A stretch of 64,000 bases of DNA. Source: a virus. The position numbers and the translations under genes were made by a program. This document shows, one piece after another, positions 16,896-25,565 of this stretch; position 1 is the stretch's first letter; the number at the start of each line of letters is the position of its first letter. The notes under the pieces were generated by a model, which saw only the letters and a program-made list of their open reading frames with translations, was not told the origin of the DNA and did not search any database. The stretch lies in IMG/VR virus record IMGVR_UViG_3300038393_002515; one strand, given 5' to 3'.

Positions 16896-17408
16896 ATGAT
16901 CCGCGTGCGGGCAAACCTGGCCCACATCAAGCGCACCCTGCGCCCGCTGTACGCCTGGACCCAGGCAACTCCCGCGTCCGTGTTCCTTGACCCGGCGTGG
17001 GACCGCAGCATCCCGATCTACCCCGGCATGGTCCTGGCCCAGACCGCAGGCGAGACGGTCAGCCTCATCGGCGCCTCCGGCGTCCCCTACGGCCTCGCCG
17101 GTGACTACGTCGGCGGCGACGGCTTCGACCCGCTGCTCGACGTCGGCGTCAACGCCACCTCCGTGTGGATGCTCGGCTCGGACGCTCAGTTCGAGGTCCT
17201 CTCGCCCGCGTTCGACGACACCCAGACCTGGACCGAGCCGACCGGCACCACCGAGAAGCTCGTCTACGCGATCACCGCCGGTACCGGCCGAGGCAAGCTC
17301 GCGCTCGCCACCAACGGCGCCGTCGCCACCGCGATCTCCACGCTGCCGGTCGCCCGACTGGTCCGGGTCAACTCCCCGTCCAAGATCACCATCGGCGGCC
17401 TGCGCTGA
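16896..17408 (+). CDS. Head-associated protein (possible decoration/auxiliary capsid protein)
   Basis: 170-aa ORF immediately upstream of the major capsid gene. No recognisable enzymatic motif; the call is positional. Confidence 0.6.
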   Translation: MIRVRANLAHIKRTLRPLYAWTQATPASVFLDPAWDRSIPIYPGMVLAQTAGETVSLIGASGVPYGLAGDYVGGDGFDPLLDVGVNATSVWMLGSDAQFEVLSPAFDDTQTWTEPTGTTEKLVYAITAGTGRGKLALATNGAVATAISTLPVARLVRVNSPSKITIGGLR

Positions 17409-17442
17409 CGCGCCTGAGCCGAGCGAGAGGACTCAACTCACC

Positions 17443-18429
17443 ATGACCGCAGCGCCCGCCGCCACCGGCCACGTCCGCACCGCCAGGAAGTCGGACGACT
17501 ACGTCGCCGAGATCCTCGCCCGACGCGAGCAGCGCGGCAACCAGCCGCTCTCCTTCGAGGCCAAGCGCCAGCGCCTCCAGGCCGTCGCCAGCGACTCCGT
17601 CAACGGCATCAAGCGCCTCGGCGTCGGCATGATCGGCCCCATCCAGCTCAAGCTCCGCTACCAGGGCATCACCCGAAACGTCCTGGTCGAGGACCCCTGC
17701 ACCCCCGGCACCCCGGTCGAGTACGACGTCTGGGATGACCTCGGACAGGCCTACATCATGTCCGGCACGGACGGCGAAGTCCGCATCACGCCGTTCGAAG
17801 GCAAGCGCATCCAGGTGCGGTTCTTCCGCATCGCCAGCCGCCCGGCCATCCGCAAGGAAGACCTGCTCTACCTGCGCATCAACGCCGTCGAGCAGGCCCA
17901 GGACGAGACCAAGCAGGCCATCCTCAAGCAGGAAGACTCGCGCCTCGTTACCATCCTGCAGGCCGCGATCTCCGACTACGCGACCCGCTCCGACCACACG
18001 GTCACCCCGAACCACACGATCACCGAAGCGTCGGGCTACCTGACCCCGGGCTCGCTGTACTCGGCCGTCTCCATGACGGACATGCACGAGCTGCAGTCCA
18101 GCCGGATCCTCATCAACCCGATGGACTACCGGGACATGTACCGGTGGGACATCAACCAGACCGGCTGGGCGTTCAAGGACCGAGTCGTCGCAGGTGAGAC
18201 CATCACCAGCTTCGGCGAGTTCCAGATCCAGCGCTCCATCGTCATCCCGCAGAACAAGATCTTCCTGACGCCGGACCCGCAGTTCCTGGGCGTCTTCCCG
18301 GTCCTGTACTCGCTGGACGTCGAGGAAAACCACCGTGTCGAGTCCTTCTGGAAGGGCTGGGTGTTCGACGAGATGGTGAGCATGCTGATCCTCAATCCGC
18401 GCGGTTTGGCGGTCATTCAGAAGAGTTGA
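17443..18429 (+). CDS. Major capsid protein (HK97-fold type)
   Basis: 328 aa starting at ATG 17443. Position after the scaffold/decoration genes, typical length, and a C-terminal pattern (...FLGVFPVLYSLDVEENHRVESFWKGWVFDEMV...) resembling HK97-like/encapsulin-like shell proteins. Followed by strong hairpins. Confidence 0.8.
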   Translation: MTAAPAATGHVRTARKSDDYVAEILARREQRGNQPLSFEAKRQRLQAVASDSVNGIKRLGVGMIGPIQLKLRYQGITRNVLVEDPCTPGTPVEYDVWDDLGQAYIMSGTDGEVRITPFEGKRIQVRFFRIASRPAIRKEDLLYLRINAVEQAQDETKQAILKQEDSRLVTILQAAISDYATRSDHTVTPNHTITEASGYLTPGSLYSAVSMTDMHELQSSRILINPMDYRDMYRWDINQTGWAFKDRVVAGETITSFGEFQIQRSIVIPQNKIFLTPDPQFLGVFPVLYSLDVEENHRVESFWKGWVFDEMVSMLILNPRGLAVIQKS

Positions 18430-18476
18430 TCATGAACCCCTAACGGGGGATCGACTCCTGGATCTGGCATGATCAA

Positions 18477-18511
18477 CGAAGGCCCCCTCGGTCGCTGCGA
18501 GGGGGCCTTCG
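18477..18511 (+). terminator. Strong terminator-like hairpin after the capsid gene
   Basis: CGAAGGCCCCCTCG (18477-18490) / CGAGGGGGCCTTCG (18498-18511): 14-bp perfect stem, 7-nt loop. Confidence 0.7.
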
Positions 18512-18744
18512 TCATGCCCACTGGCTTCGGGGGCGCCGCCATAGGCTCTGGCCTTCCAGCTCGTGGGCGGTGGCTGGTGGCCATCGTGAGCCCTGGCCCC
18601 CGAAGGGGGACCAGGGTCACCGCCGGGCGTTGCGCTCGGTGTGTCGTCTGGCGGGTGACATATTCTCACCTTGGCACAGTCGGGGCGTAGTTGGAACCCC
18701 ACCTTCAGTAATTCTGGCCGCTGGAGAGAATTTTGGCCATGGTC

Positions 18745-18780
18745 GCTGTCTCCTGGCCCGCTGAGATCCTTAGGGGGTGA
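18745..18780 (+). promoter_or_regulatory. Bipartite late-gene element copy 7 (GCTGTC-N23-GGGGTGA), orphan copy inside the non-coding spacer
   Basis: GGGGTGA 18774-18780 followed by GGAGGG, but no convincing ORF. The next feature is hairpin 18832-18866. Confidence 0.55.
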
Positions 18781-18831
18781 GGAGGGTTTGTGGTGGGCCC
18801 TCTGTGCGGCTCCGTTCTCCGGCCGCTGGGC

Positions 18832-18866
18832 CTCGACCCCCGGGTTCCCCCTTCCCGGGGGTCGAG
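18832..18866 (+). terminator. Terminator-like hairpin
   Basis: CTCGACCCCCGG (18832-18843) / CCGGGGGTCGAG (18855-18866): 12-bp perfect stem. Confidence 0.6.
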
Positions 18867-18867
18867 T

Positions 18868-18903
18868 GCTGTCTGGGGTGGGGTTGGGCTGCTCAAGGGG
18901 TGA
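18868..18903 (+). promoter_or_regulatory. Bipartite late-gene element copy 8 (GCTGTC-N23-GGGGTGA)
   Basis: Begins 2 nt after hairpin 18832-18866. Next start is ATG 18937, after SD AGGAGG. Confidence 0.6.
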
Positions 18904-18936
18904 CGGAGGATCCGTCCCTTTGATCTAGGAGGCGTC

Positions 18937-19320
18937 ATGCCTGTCCAGCAGCTCCAGGTGTCCAACCCGTCGGATGGTGTCACGGTCGTGACTCCAGACC
19001 CTGACAAGCCGAAGTCGTACCTGCGTTTCGAGGGCAAGGGCGATGAAGCGGGTGGCGATGTCCTGTTCGTGTCCCGTGACACGGCGCTGCTGGCGCCTTT
19101 CGTGCGTGCGGTGCGCAACGGGACGCTGGTCATCGACGACGACATCTCGGCCGACCCGGAGCTGCTGCGTGTCCTCGGCACGGTCAAGGAGCGTCAGCCG
19201 GAGGCTCAGGCGCCGTTGACCGCGATCCGTGTGGTCAGCGAGTGGGACGAGGCTGACGAGTCTTACAAGTCTGTCGACAAGCCCCTCCGTGTCGTCATCG
19301 AACCCCTCTTCAAGGCGTGA
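18937..19320 (+). CDS. Hypothetical virion-module protein
   Basis: 127-aa ORF with SD TAGGAGG 6 nt upstream and G/C-rich third positions. Confidence 0.7.
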   Translation: MPVQQLQVSNPSDGVTVVTPDPDKPKSYLRFEGKGDEAGGDVLFVSRDTALLAPFVRAVRNGTLVIDDDISADPELLRVLGTVKERQPEAQAPLTAIRVVSEWDEADESYKSVDKPLRVVIEPLFKA

Positions 19321-19325
19321 GTCAC

Positions 19326-19610
19326 ATGAGCATGAGCGATCACGAGCGGGCGTTGCTGGTCACCGGCACGCTCGACACTTCCGGCGTCGGCGGCAGCCCG
19401 TACGCGCGCCTCGACATGGTCGCCGTGGCGTTCGGCGCCGAGACGGCCGAGGCTTCGGTGGCCGAGGAGGTCGCGGAGCCGGAGGAGAAGGCGGCCGAAA
19501 ACAGCCCCTCGGTGCCGGAGCCCAAGGTCGAGGAAAGGGCTCAGGCGCGTACCACGACCAAGCGTTCCCCGGCGAAGAAGGCGCAGGCGTCCGCGCCTGC
19601 TGAGAAGTAA
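19326..19610 (+). CDS. Hypothetical acidic/Ala-rich protein
   Basis: ORF in the gap between flanking genes. ATG 19326 is preferred over the listed GTG 19317, which overlaps the upstream stop. Confidence 0.55.
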   Translation: MSMSDHERALLVTGTLDTSGVGGSPYARLDMVAVAFGAETAEASVAEEVAEPEEKAAENSPSVPEPKVEERAQARTTTKRSPAKKAQASAPAEK

Positions 19611-19622
19611 AGGAGTGGGCTG

Positions 19623-20630
19623 ATGGCCGCATCTGACCAGACAGGCACCTACCAGACCGACGGGTCGATCGGCACCAAGGGTCTGCCGGGTGCGGCCCCC
19701 AGCCCGGTCACGGCGCCCGACACCAGTGGCGTGGCCCTTGGTACCTCCGCAGGCTGGGCGCCGACGTCGACCAATCTGTCGGGTACCAAGGACACGCTGT
19801 ACGGGCCGGTGGTCGACAAGTACCCGGCGCCGCATGCGCAGCCGGTGCCTTCGGCGGCGTCGAACGCGGACACCACGAAGACGGACTCGCCCGTGGGTAA
19901 CGGCATCACTCAGCCGATCAACCCGATCGTCTGGATGTCCGGTACGACGGACACTGCAGCGTTCGGCGCTGTTCCGGCGGGCACCACGACCGTACCGGCC
20001 GCACCCGCCGCGCCCACGGCTGTCGCTGGGGACCGCTACATTCAGGTGTCCTGGACGCCGGTTTCCAACCCGGGCGCGGACGCCAAGGTCACCCAGTACG
20101 TCATCGAGTCGGACACCGGCGGCCACGTCTTCGCGGCCGCCAATGCGACCTCTGTCCGGTTCGACAACGTCAAGGGCGGCCAGGCGTACAAGTTCCGTGT
20201 CTGCGCGGTCAACAAGAACGGCGACGGCCCGTTCAGCCCGTTCTCGGCGGCCGCCGTCGCGCCTGGCAACGAGGACGAGGTCCGTCCCGTGTCGCTGGCT
20301 GCCGACAACGCCGTGAACCCGATCTACAACCAGGACGGCTCGATCAAGCCGGGTTCGTACGGGGCACCGACCGCGCCCGGCAAGCCGACCGTGGCGGCCG
20401 GTGCAACGACCACCGCCAACGTCACTTGGACGGCGCCGTCCACTGGTCAGCCGTCTGGCGGCTACGACGTGAAGGCCTCCTCGGGCCAGACCGTCCACGT
20501 CGGTCCGGCCGTCCTGACGGTCAACGTGCCCGGTCTGACGGTGTCGCAGGTGATCACGTTCACCGTCACCGCGATCGGCCAGCTGCAGAACGCCACGTCG
20601 ACTCCGTCGAACAACTACACCGTGGTCTGA
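19623..20630 (+). CDS. Protein with two fibronectin type III-like domains (virion surface/decoration candidate)
   Basis: Two segments with the FN3 pattern (...IQVSWTPVSNPGADAKVTQYVIE...YKFRVCAVNKNGDGPFS and ...ANVTWTAPSTGQPSGGYDVKA...ITFTVTAIGQL). SD AAGGAG before the ATG. Confidence 0.75.
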   Translation: MAASDQTGTYQTDGSIGTKGLPGAAPSPVTAPDTSGVALGTSAGWAPTSTNLSGTKDTLYGPVVDKYPAPHAQPVPSAASNADTTKTDSPVGNGITQPINPIVWMSGTTDTAAFGAVPAGTTTVPAAPAAPTAVAGDRYIQVSWTPVSNPGADAKVTQYVIESDTGGHVFAAANATSVRFDNVKGGQAYKFRVCAVNKNGDGPFSPFSAAAVAPGNEDEVRPVSLAADNAVNPIYNQDGSIKPGSYGAPTAPGKPTVAAGATTTANVTWTAPSTGQPSGGYDVKASSGQTVHVGPAVLTVNVPGLTVSQVITFTVTAIGQLQNATSTPSNNYTVV

Positions 20631-20648
20631 GTTCAGCTGGTCTGGCGG

Positions 20649-20674
20649 CCCCGTCCCACGACTCCGGGACGGGG
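20649..20674 (+). terminator. Terminator-like hairpin
   Basis: CCCCGTCCC (20649-20657) / GGGACGGGG (20666-20674), followed by CTGCTTGCTGTT. Confidence 0.6.
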
Positions 20675-20680
20675 CTGCTT

Positions 20681-20716
20681 GCTGTTCGTGGCCCTCTCGC
20701 GGCCGCCAAGGGGCGA
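20681..20716 (+). promoter_or_regulatory. Bipartite late-gene element copy 9 (GCTGTT-N23-GGGGCGA)
   Basis: GCCCTCTC 20691-20698 pairs perfectly with GAGAGGGC 20729-20736, which is the SD of ATG 20741. Confidence 0.55.
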
Positions 20717-20740
20717 AGGCGACATGAGGAGAGGGCGGCG

Positions 20741-21400
20741 ATGTCCGGTACGACACCACGGCTGGGGCTGAAGACGTGGGATCAGTCCGATCCCTTCCTC
20801 CGCCAGGACTTCAACGACAACAACGGGCGCCTGGACGCCTATCCCGGTACCTACATCTGCACGTCTGGTTCCCGGCCCGCCTGGGGTGGCGCGCAGTCGG
20901 GCATGCGTATCTTCGAGACGGACACGCGGCGTGAGCTGATGTGGAACGGCACGGCGTGGCGGGAGCCTTTGGTCACGCCGCCGGTGTGGACGGGGTATAT
21001 CCAGCCCCAGGCCACGATGGGCAAGGACACGCACGTCTACTACAAGCTGGCGACGTTTCAGGTCAACCGGCCGGGTGCGCTTCTGGTGCACCTGGAGGTC
21101 GAGGTCACGGTCCAGTCTCTGTATACGGCGAACATGTCGGCGCGGCCGCAGGTGGATGGTGGTGACTGTCAGATCGGCAGTACGGCGTCGTACATGCGGG
21201 TGGCGCAGACGAACACTTCTGGCAGTGGTTGGCAGAGGCACTGGATGATGGGTGCGGTCGGCCTGCGTTCGGTTGGTGTGGGCTCGCACAACTTCGGTCT
21301 CCACTTCTACACGACGCCGACGTCGACCACGTCTTCGGTGTCGGTGATGCTGTCGTCGGTGCGTGGCTACGCAATGCTCGTCAACTCGCAGGACACCTGA
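20741..21400 (+). CDS. Minor tail/fibre-like protein
   Basis: N-terminus MSGTTPRLGLKTWDQSDPFLRQDFNDNNGRLD resembles the conserved N-terminal motif of actinophage minor tail proteins (from memory). Internal start in the listed ORF was chosen from the SD and repeat-element position. Confidence 0.6.
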   Translation: MSGTTPRLGLKTWDQSDPFLRQDFNDNNGRLDAYPGTYICTSGSRPAWGGAQSGMRIFETDTRRELMWNGTAWREPLVTPPVWTGYIQPQATMGKDTHVYYKLATFQVNRPGALLVHLEVEVTVQSLYTANMSARPQVDGGDCQIGSTASYMRVAQTNTSGSGWQRHWMMGAVGLRSVGVGSHNFGLHFYTTPTSTTSSVSVMLSSVRGYAMLVNSQDT

Positions 21401-22275
21401 TGGCGATCGACGAGTACACGGACCGGGCCTACGTCTCTCGTTATGCGGCGGCGGACTTCGGGCTGCAGGTCATGCGGGATGGCGTGCCGGGCGAGGCTGA
21501 CGGTGACGTCACGGTGGCGCTGCTGCACGACACCGATGCGCAGACGCAGGTGTTCTCCCGGGCGGCCGACCATCCTGGTGTCGGTCAGTACACGGTGCGC
21601 TTGTCGTCGAAGGAGACGGCTGCTCCGGGTCCGTACGTGCTGGTGTGGACGTACGCCGTGGCCGGGTCCGCCGAGGAGTGGCGGTACTGGCTGGAGGTCG
21701 GCAAGGCGGCTCCGGAGTACGACCGGCTGGCCGACTCGATGAAGGCGGTGATCGAGACCACGTGGAACCGGTTCAGCGACCTGTTCGACTACGCCACCGA
21801 AGGCCCGCACCTGCAGTCGTACGTCCAGTCGAACTTCGGCCGGAACCGTCTCGCTCAGCTGCTCAGGATCGCCGTCGGCCGCCTGAACACGGTGGCGCAG
21901 CCGTACCAGACGTACACCCTCGACGGTGACGGCGGCGCAACGTTCCCGGTGCAGCAGTGGGGCTCTCTGCTGGAGTCCGCGCTGTATGTGGAGTGTCTGA
22001 AGCACTTGATGCGCTCCTACGTCGAGCAGCCTGAGGTGCAGTCCGGTTCGGGGGTCTCGCGGCTGGACCGGCGGGACTACATGGATCGTTGGGGCACCGT
22101 GCTGCAGGGCGAGGACCAGGTCCTGAAGTCCCAGCTGGACACCTTCAAGATCGCCCACATGGGGCTCGGTACCGCCCGGGTCCTGGTCTCCGGCGGTGCC
22201 TATGGCAGGTGGGGTCCGACCCGGCTGCCGCTGTCTGAGGCCGCACGGCCTCGTTGGCTCACTCGGTTCTACTGA
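21400..22275 (+). CDS. Hypothetical virion protein (head-tail connector region)
   Basis: 291 aa. TGATG overlap with the upstream gene. No enzymatic motif. Confidence 0.65.
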   Translation: MAIDEYTDRAYVSRYAAADFGLQVMRDGVPGEADGDVTVALLHDTDAQTQVFSRAADHPGVGQYTVRLSSKETAAPGPYVLVWTYAVAGSAEEWRYWLEVGKAAPEYDRLADSMKAVIETTWNRFSDLFDYATEGPHLQSYVQSNFGRNRLAQLLRIAVGRLNTVAQPYQTYTLDGDGGATFPVQQWGSLLESALYVECLKHLMRSYVEQPEVQSGSGVSRLDRRDYMDRWGTVLQGEDQVLKSQLDTFKIAHMGLGTARVLVSGGAYGRWGPTRLPLSEAARPRWLTRFY

Positions 22276-22294
22276 TCGGTAACAAGGAGGGGCC

Positions 22295-22471
22295 ATGTCC
22301 GGTGGCGCCCAAGAAGGTCCTGCACCGTCCGTCGAATTCGACCTGGGTGTTCTCGCCCCGGGCCAGGTGGTGGTCTCGCACCGCACCTGCACCTACGGCG
22401 AGATCGTCGAGTCCCTCTACGACGCCGAGAAGTTCCGCATCCTGCACATCTGCCCCGGCCCGCAAGCCTGA
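22295..22471 (+). CDS. Small hypothetical protein (58 aa, not in the supplied ORF track)
   Basis: AAGGAGG lies 5 nt before ATG 22295. Reads MSGGAQEGPAPSVEFDLGVLAPGQVVVSHRTCTYGEIVESLYDAEKFRILHICPGPQA, with G/C-rich third positions. Fills an otherwise empty gap. Confidence 0.5.
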   Translation: MSGGAQEGPAPSVEFDLGVLAPGQVVVSHRTCTYGEIVESLYDAEKFRILHICPGPQA

Positions 22472-22482
22472 CGGGAGAACCC

Positions 22483-23040
22483 ATGTACAGCGTCACCCTC
22501 AAGGCCGGTCTGGTCGACGTCGTCCTGCCCAACGGCAACCGCTACCAGGGCGGCGACACCGTCGCCCTGTCCGACACGCACTACGGCCAGATGTCGGCGG
22601 CCACACGTGCGGCCGTATTCGCCACCGCGCCTTCGCCCGCCTCCTCGGCCACGCAGGAGCTGTTCCGGGCAACCGGGCTGACCCTGAACGCCAGTTCAGA
22701 CATCGTGACAGCGAATACCGTCAACCAGGCCACGGGCAAGACCGGCGTGATCGATGTGTCGGCCGTCCAGAACGGCCTCCTCGTCGTCAGCGTGGCCTCC
22801 GTATCCGGCACCACCCCTGGTCTGGCAGTCTTCTTCGACTGCCAGGACGCCGCCGGGAACTGGGTGCAGACCTCCGCGCCAACGTCGATCGGCGGAGTCG
22901 TCCTGAACGCCTCCGGCTACACCTACGGCGTCATCAACAACGGCTACCGCCTCACGCACAAGGGCCGTATCCGCTGGACCGTCACCGGCACCGGCAGCCC
23001 CACGTTCAACGGCGTCACCTTCAGCCTGTTCGGCAGCTGA
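22483..23040 (+). CDS. Hypothetical virion protein
   Basis: 185-aa ORF, SD GGGAGA, tightly packed with its neighbours. Confidence 0.65.
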   Translation: MYSVTLKAGLVDVVLPNGNRYQGGDTVALSDTHYGQMSAATRAAVFATAPSPASSATQELFRATGLTLNASSDIVTANTVNQATGKTGVIDVSAVQNGLLVVSVASVSGTTPGLAVFFDCQDAAGNWVQTSAPTSIGGVVLNASGYTYGVINNGYRLTHKGRIRWTVTGTGSPTFNGVTFSLFGS

Positions 23041-23042
23041 CG

Positions 23043-23708
23043 ATGAGAACGACCCGAGGCACGTACGTACGGGCCCAGCAGAACTGGGCCGTCGACCAGG
23101 AACGCCAGCGGCACGATCAAGCCCTGTGGGCTCTTGGAGAGAGCACTCTGTTCTGCCTGCTCTGGACGGCCCGGGACTACGACAACGGGCTCGTCGGCCT
23201 GTGCACGGTGTGCGCGTCCGACCGCATCTCCAAGGCGTACGGGCAGCCGACCCGGAACAAGTGCCCGAACTGCTTCGGCACCCGCTTCGAGGGTGGCTAC
23301 CGGGCGCTCATCGTCCGCCCGGCCATCTTCACGGACGCCGACGACGGCCAGTCCTTCACCGCCCGGGGTGTCGTCTCGCCGCAGGAGGTCCATCTGGAGA
23401 CCACCAGCGACTTCCGCGTCCACGGCGGCGACTACGCTATGCGCGCCACCGGTGAGCGCCTGCAGCTGCGCACCCCGCAGCGCACCACGCTGCGCACCGG
23501 CTTCGGGACCCCGCACCAGCGCGACGTCGGCACGGCGTACAACCTGACCCGGGCGGCCGTCGAGGACGAGGACTCCGTGGCCTACACGATCCCGCCGAAC
23601 ACCACCGACCTCATCACCATCCTGTCCCGTTCTGGGTCAACTCCTCCCAGTTGGTCCGACGTGGAAGTAATTCGGGCTCCGCTGATTCCGCTGTACGAGC
23701 GAGACTGA
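23043..23708 (+). CDS. Hypothetical virion protein with a CxxC...CxxC zinc-ribbon
   Basis: LCTVCASDRISKAYGQPTRNKCPNCFG. Internal ATG 23043 is 2 nt after the upstream stop. Confidence 0.65.
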   Translation: MRTTRGTYVRAQQNWAVDQERQRHDQALWALGESTLFCLLWTARDYDNGLVGLCTVCASDRISKAYGQPTRNKCPNCFGTRFEGGYRALIVRPAIFTDADDGQSFTARGVVSPQEVHLETTSDFRVHGGDYAMRATGERLQLRTPQRTTLRTGFGTPHQRDVGTAYNLTRAAVEDEDSVAYTIPPNTTDLITILSRSGSTPPSWSDVEVIRAPLIPLYERD

Positions 23709-23741
23709 GCCCGCCACACCACCACACCAAGGGGTACCGCC

Positions 23742-24461
23742 ATGCCCGAGCCCACCTTCCGCGACGACGTCACCGTCGAGCTGGTCAAGCACACCGCGTC
23801 CGACGCCGATGTTCTCTTCGCCGCCCGGGTATCCACCGGTACACCCACTGCTCTCGAAGAGATCGGCGCTCTCACAGACCGCGACACCGGCCTCATCAAC
23901 TACCTGATGAGAGACCGTCATGGCAGCCCCTTCGAGCACAACTCGATGACGTTCTTCGTCAGCGCGCCGATCTTCGTGTTCCGCGAGTTCATGCGCCACA
24001 GGGTCGGGTTCTCCTACAACGAGGAGAGCGGGAGGTACCGCGAACTGCAGCCGGTCTTCTACGTGCCCGGGGAGGACCGCAAGCTCGTTCAGACCGGCAA
24101 GCCGGGTGCGTACACCTTCCTCCCCGGCCCGAAGAGCCTGCACGAGCAGGTGTACCGCGAGATGGCCGAGGCCTACGACCGGTCGTACGCGCACTACGTG
24201 AGCCTGCTGGGCAAGGGCGTCGCCCGCGAGGTCGCCCGCGCCGTCCTGCCGGTGGGTCTGTTCTCGTCGATGTACGTCACCTGCAACGCGCGCTCGCTGA
24301 TGCACTTCCTCGGCCTGCGCACGACCCACCCGGACGCCAAGGTGCCCTCGTTCCCGCAGCGTGAGATCGAGATGGTGGCCGAGCAGATGGAGGCCGCCTG
24401 GGCCGAGCTGATGCCGGTCACCTACGCCGCCTTCAACGCCAACGGCCGCGTCGCACCGTAG
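23742..24461 (+). CDS. thyX: FAD-dependent thymidylate synthase ThyX
   Basis: ThyX signature RHRVGFSYNEESGRYRE (RHRxxSxNExSxRY) plus the second conserved Arg-rich C-terminal block (ARSLMHFLGLRT). SD AAGGGG 7 nt before the ATG. Confidence 0.9.
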   Translation: MPEPTFRDDVTVELVKHTASDADVLFAARVSTGTPTALEEIGALTDRDTGLINYLMRDRHGSPFEHNSMTFFVSAPIFVFREFMRHRVGFSYNEESGRYRELQPVFYVPGEDRKLVQTGKPGAYTFLPGPKSLHEQVYREMAEAYDRSYAHYVSLLGKGVAREVARAVLPVGLFSSMYVTCNARSLMHFLGLRTTHPDAKVPSFPQREIEMVAEQMEAAWAELMPVTYAAFNANGRVAP

Positions 24462-24495
24462 CGCTCTGGATAAAAATTGGGTACGATCTGGATTC

Positions 24496-24828
24496 ATGAC
24501 GGATATCAAGCGTGTTCGTACGTCCAGTGGGGATGTAGTCGACGTCAAGGAACGCATCCGCGAGGGCGTGCCTGAAGGCGATGTTGGTGACGCGGTGGCC
24601 GAGGTGGCCGAGCTGCGTGGCAGGAGTGGCGACGTACAGCTGCACACCAAGCTCGTCCCGGATGCCAACCAGGCCCTCGTCGAGGCGATCGTCCGAAGCG
24701 GTCTCGGCAAGTCGGAAGCGGTCAACCGACTCATCATGATCGGTGGCTTCTTCGACAAGATGAAGAGGCAGGGCTACGACCTGCTGCTCAGCAAGGACGG
24801 CGCGACCGAGAAGGTCCACATCGTCTGA
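24496..24828 (+). CDS. Ribbon-helix-helix-like small protein
   Basis: Segment VQLHTKLVPDANQALVEAIVRSGLGKSEAVNRLIMIG fits the strand-helix-helix pattern of CopG/Arc-type proteins. Preceded by an AT-rich patch and has no repeat element. Confidence 0.55.
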   Translation: MTDIKRVRTSSGDVVDVKERIREGVPEGDVGDAVAEVAELRGRSGDVQLHTKLVPDANQALVEAIVRSGLGKSEAVNRLIMIGGFFDKMKRQGYDLLLSKDGATEKVHIV

Positions 24829-24844
24829 TCATCTGAGCCCTGCA

Positions 24845-24879
24845 CTGTCCGCGCCTCCTCCGCCGCCCTCAAGGGGTGA
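24845..24879 (+). promoter_or_regulatory. Bipartite late-gene element copy 10 (CTGTC-N23-GGGGTGA)
   Basis: GCGCCTCCTC 24851-24860 pairs perfectly with GAGGAGGCGC 24883-24892 (SD). Start GTG 24894 follows directly. Confidence 0.65.
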
Positions 24880-24893
24880 GCAGAGGAGGCGCC

Positions 24894-25565
24894 GTGCTTG
24901 TTTCGTTGGCCGCGTGGTGGACGACAGATCCCGATGAGTACCGCGAGTACGAGAACATGCACGACCCGGACTACCGGCTGCGCGACCCCAAGGAGACGCC
25001 GGTAGCCCGGCGCAACCGGTTCATCAAGCACGTCTCCGACGCCCATGGCGTGGATGAGAAGGCGGCCACCAACGCCCTCAAGCACGTCGTCACGCGCGGC
25101 CTCGGCGGCTTCGACGACCCGGAGAGCTACGGCTTCGCCAGCTCGGCGAACCAGATGACGCACTACTCCCACAGCACTCGCCAGAAGCTGATGGACCCGA
25201 AGACCTGGGCGGGCAAGAAGGAGGAGAGCATCCCCCTTCACCAGGAGATTCACGCCAGCCAGAACTTCATCCGGCCGGACTCCGTGGCGCACAACCTCTT
25301 CCACCCTGGCAAGCGCCAGGCATATGACCACGAGGCCGTTGGCGACCCGGACTACGACCCGAGCTGGGACGAGGACTCACACCGCGAAGAGGACGAAGGG
25401 TCGGAGTCCACGCCCGAGGAGCGCGCTCTGCATGGCACCGCGCGGTTCATGCGGCGCAACAGCGGTCGCCTGGAGGTCGTGGACGGGCATCACCGGGTCG
25501 CTGCCGACATGCTGCTCGGCAAGCCCCACACCAAGGGTGTGATCATCCACGAGCGGGACCTGTAA
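24894..25565 (+). CDS. ParB/sulfiredoxin-like nuclease-domain protein
   Basis: C-terminal LEVVDGHHRVAADMLLG (the DGxHR core of the ParB/Srx fold), preceded by IPLHQEIHASQNFIRPDSV. Start chosen at GTG 24894 after SD GAGGAGG. Confidence 0.65.
   Translation: MLVSLAAWWTTDPDEYREYENMHDPDYRLRDPKETPVARRNRFIKHVSDAHGVDEKAATNALKHVVTRGLGGFDDPESYGFASSANQMTHYSHSTRQKLMDPKTWAGKKEESIPLHQEIHASQNFIRPDSVAHNLFHPGKRQAYDHEAVGDPDYDPSWDEDSHREEDEGSESTPEERALHGTARFMRRNSGRLEVVDGHHRVAADMLLGKPHTKGVIIHERDL

Noticed and set aside
18430-18936. ORFs of 60-160 aa listed in the spacer after the capsid gene (for example 18671-18928 +, 18705-19187 -).
   Set aside because: The translations are Trp/Arg/Gly/Pro-rich, have no SD, run across strong hairpins and show no third-position bias. 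The region is treated as non-coding and structured.
23728-23741. CAAGGGGTA before thyX and CTCAAGGGGCCC (59325-59336) before the DinG-like gene as further copies of the bipartite element.
   Set aside because: No CTGT box lies 22-24 nt upstream in either case. AAGGGG sits at normal SD distance (6-7 nt) from the ATG, so these are ordinary ribosome-binding sites.
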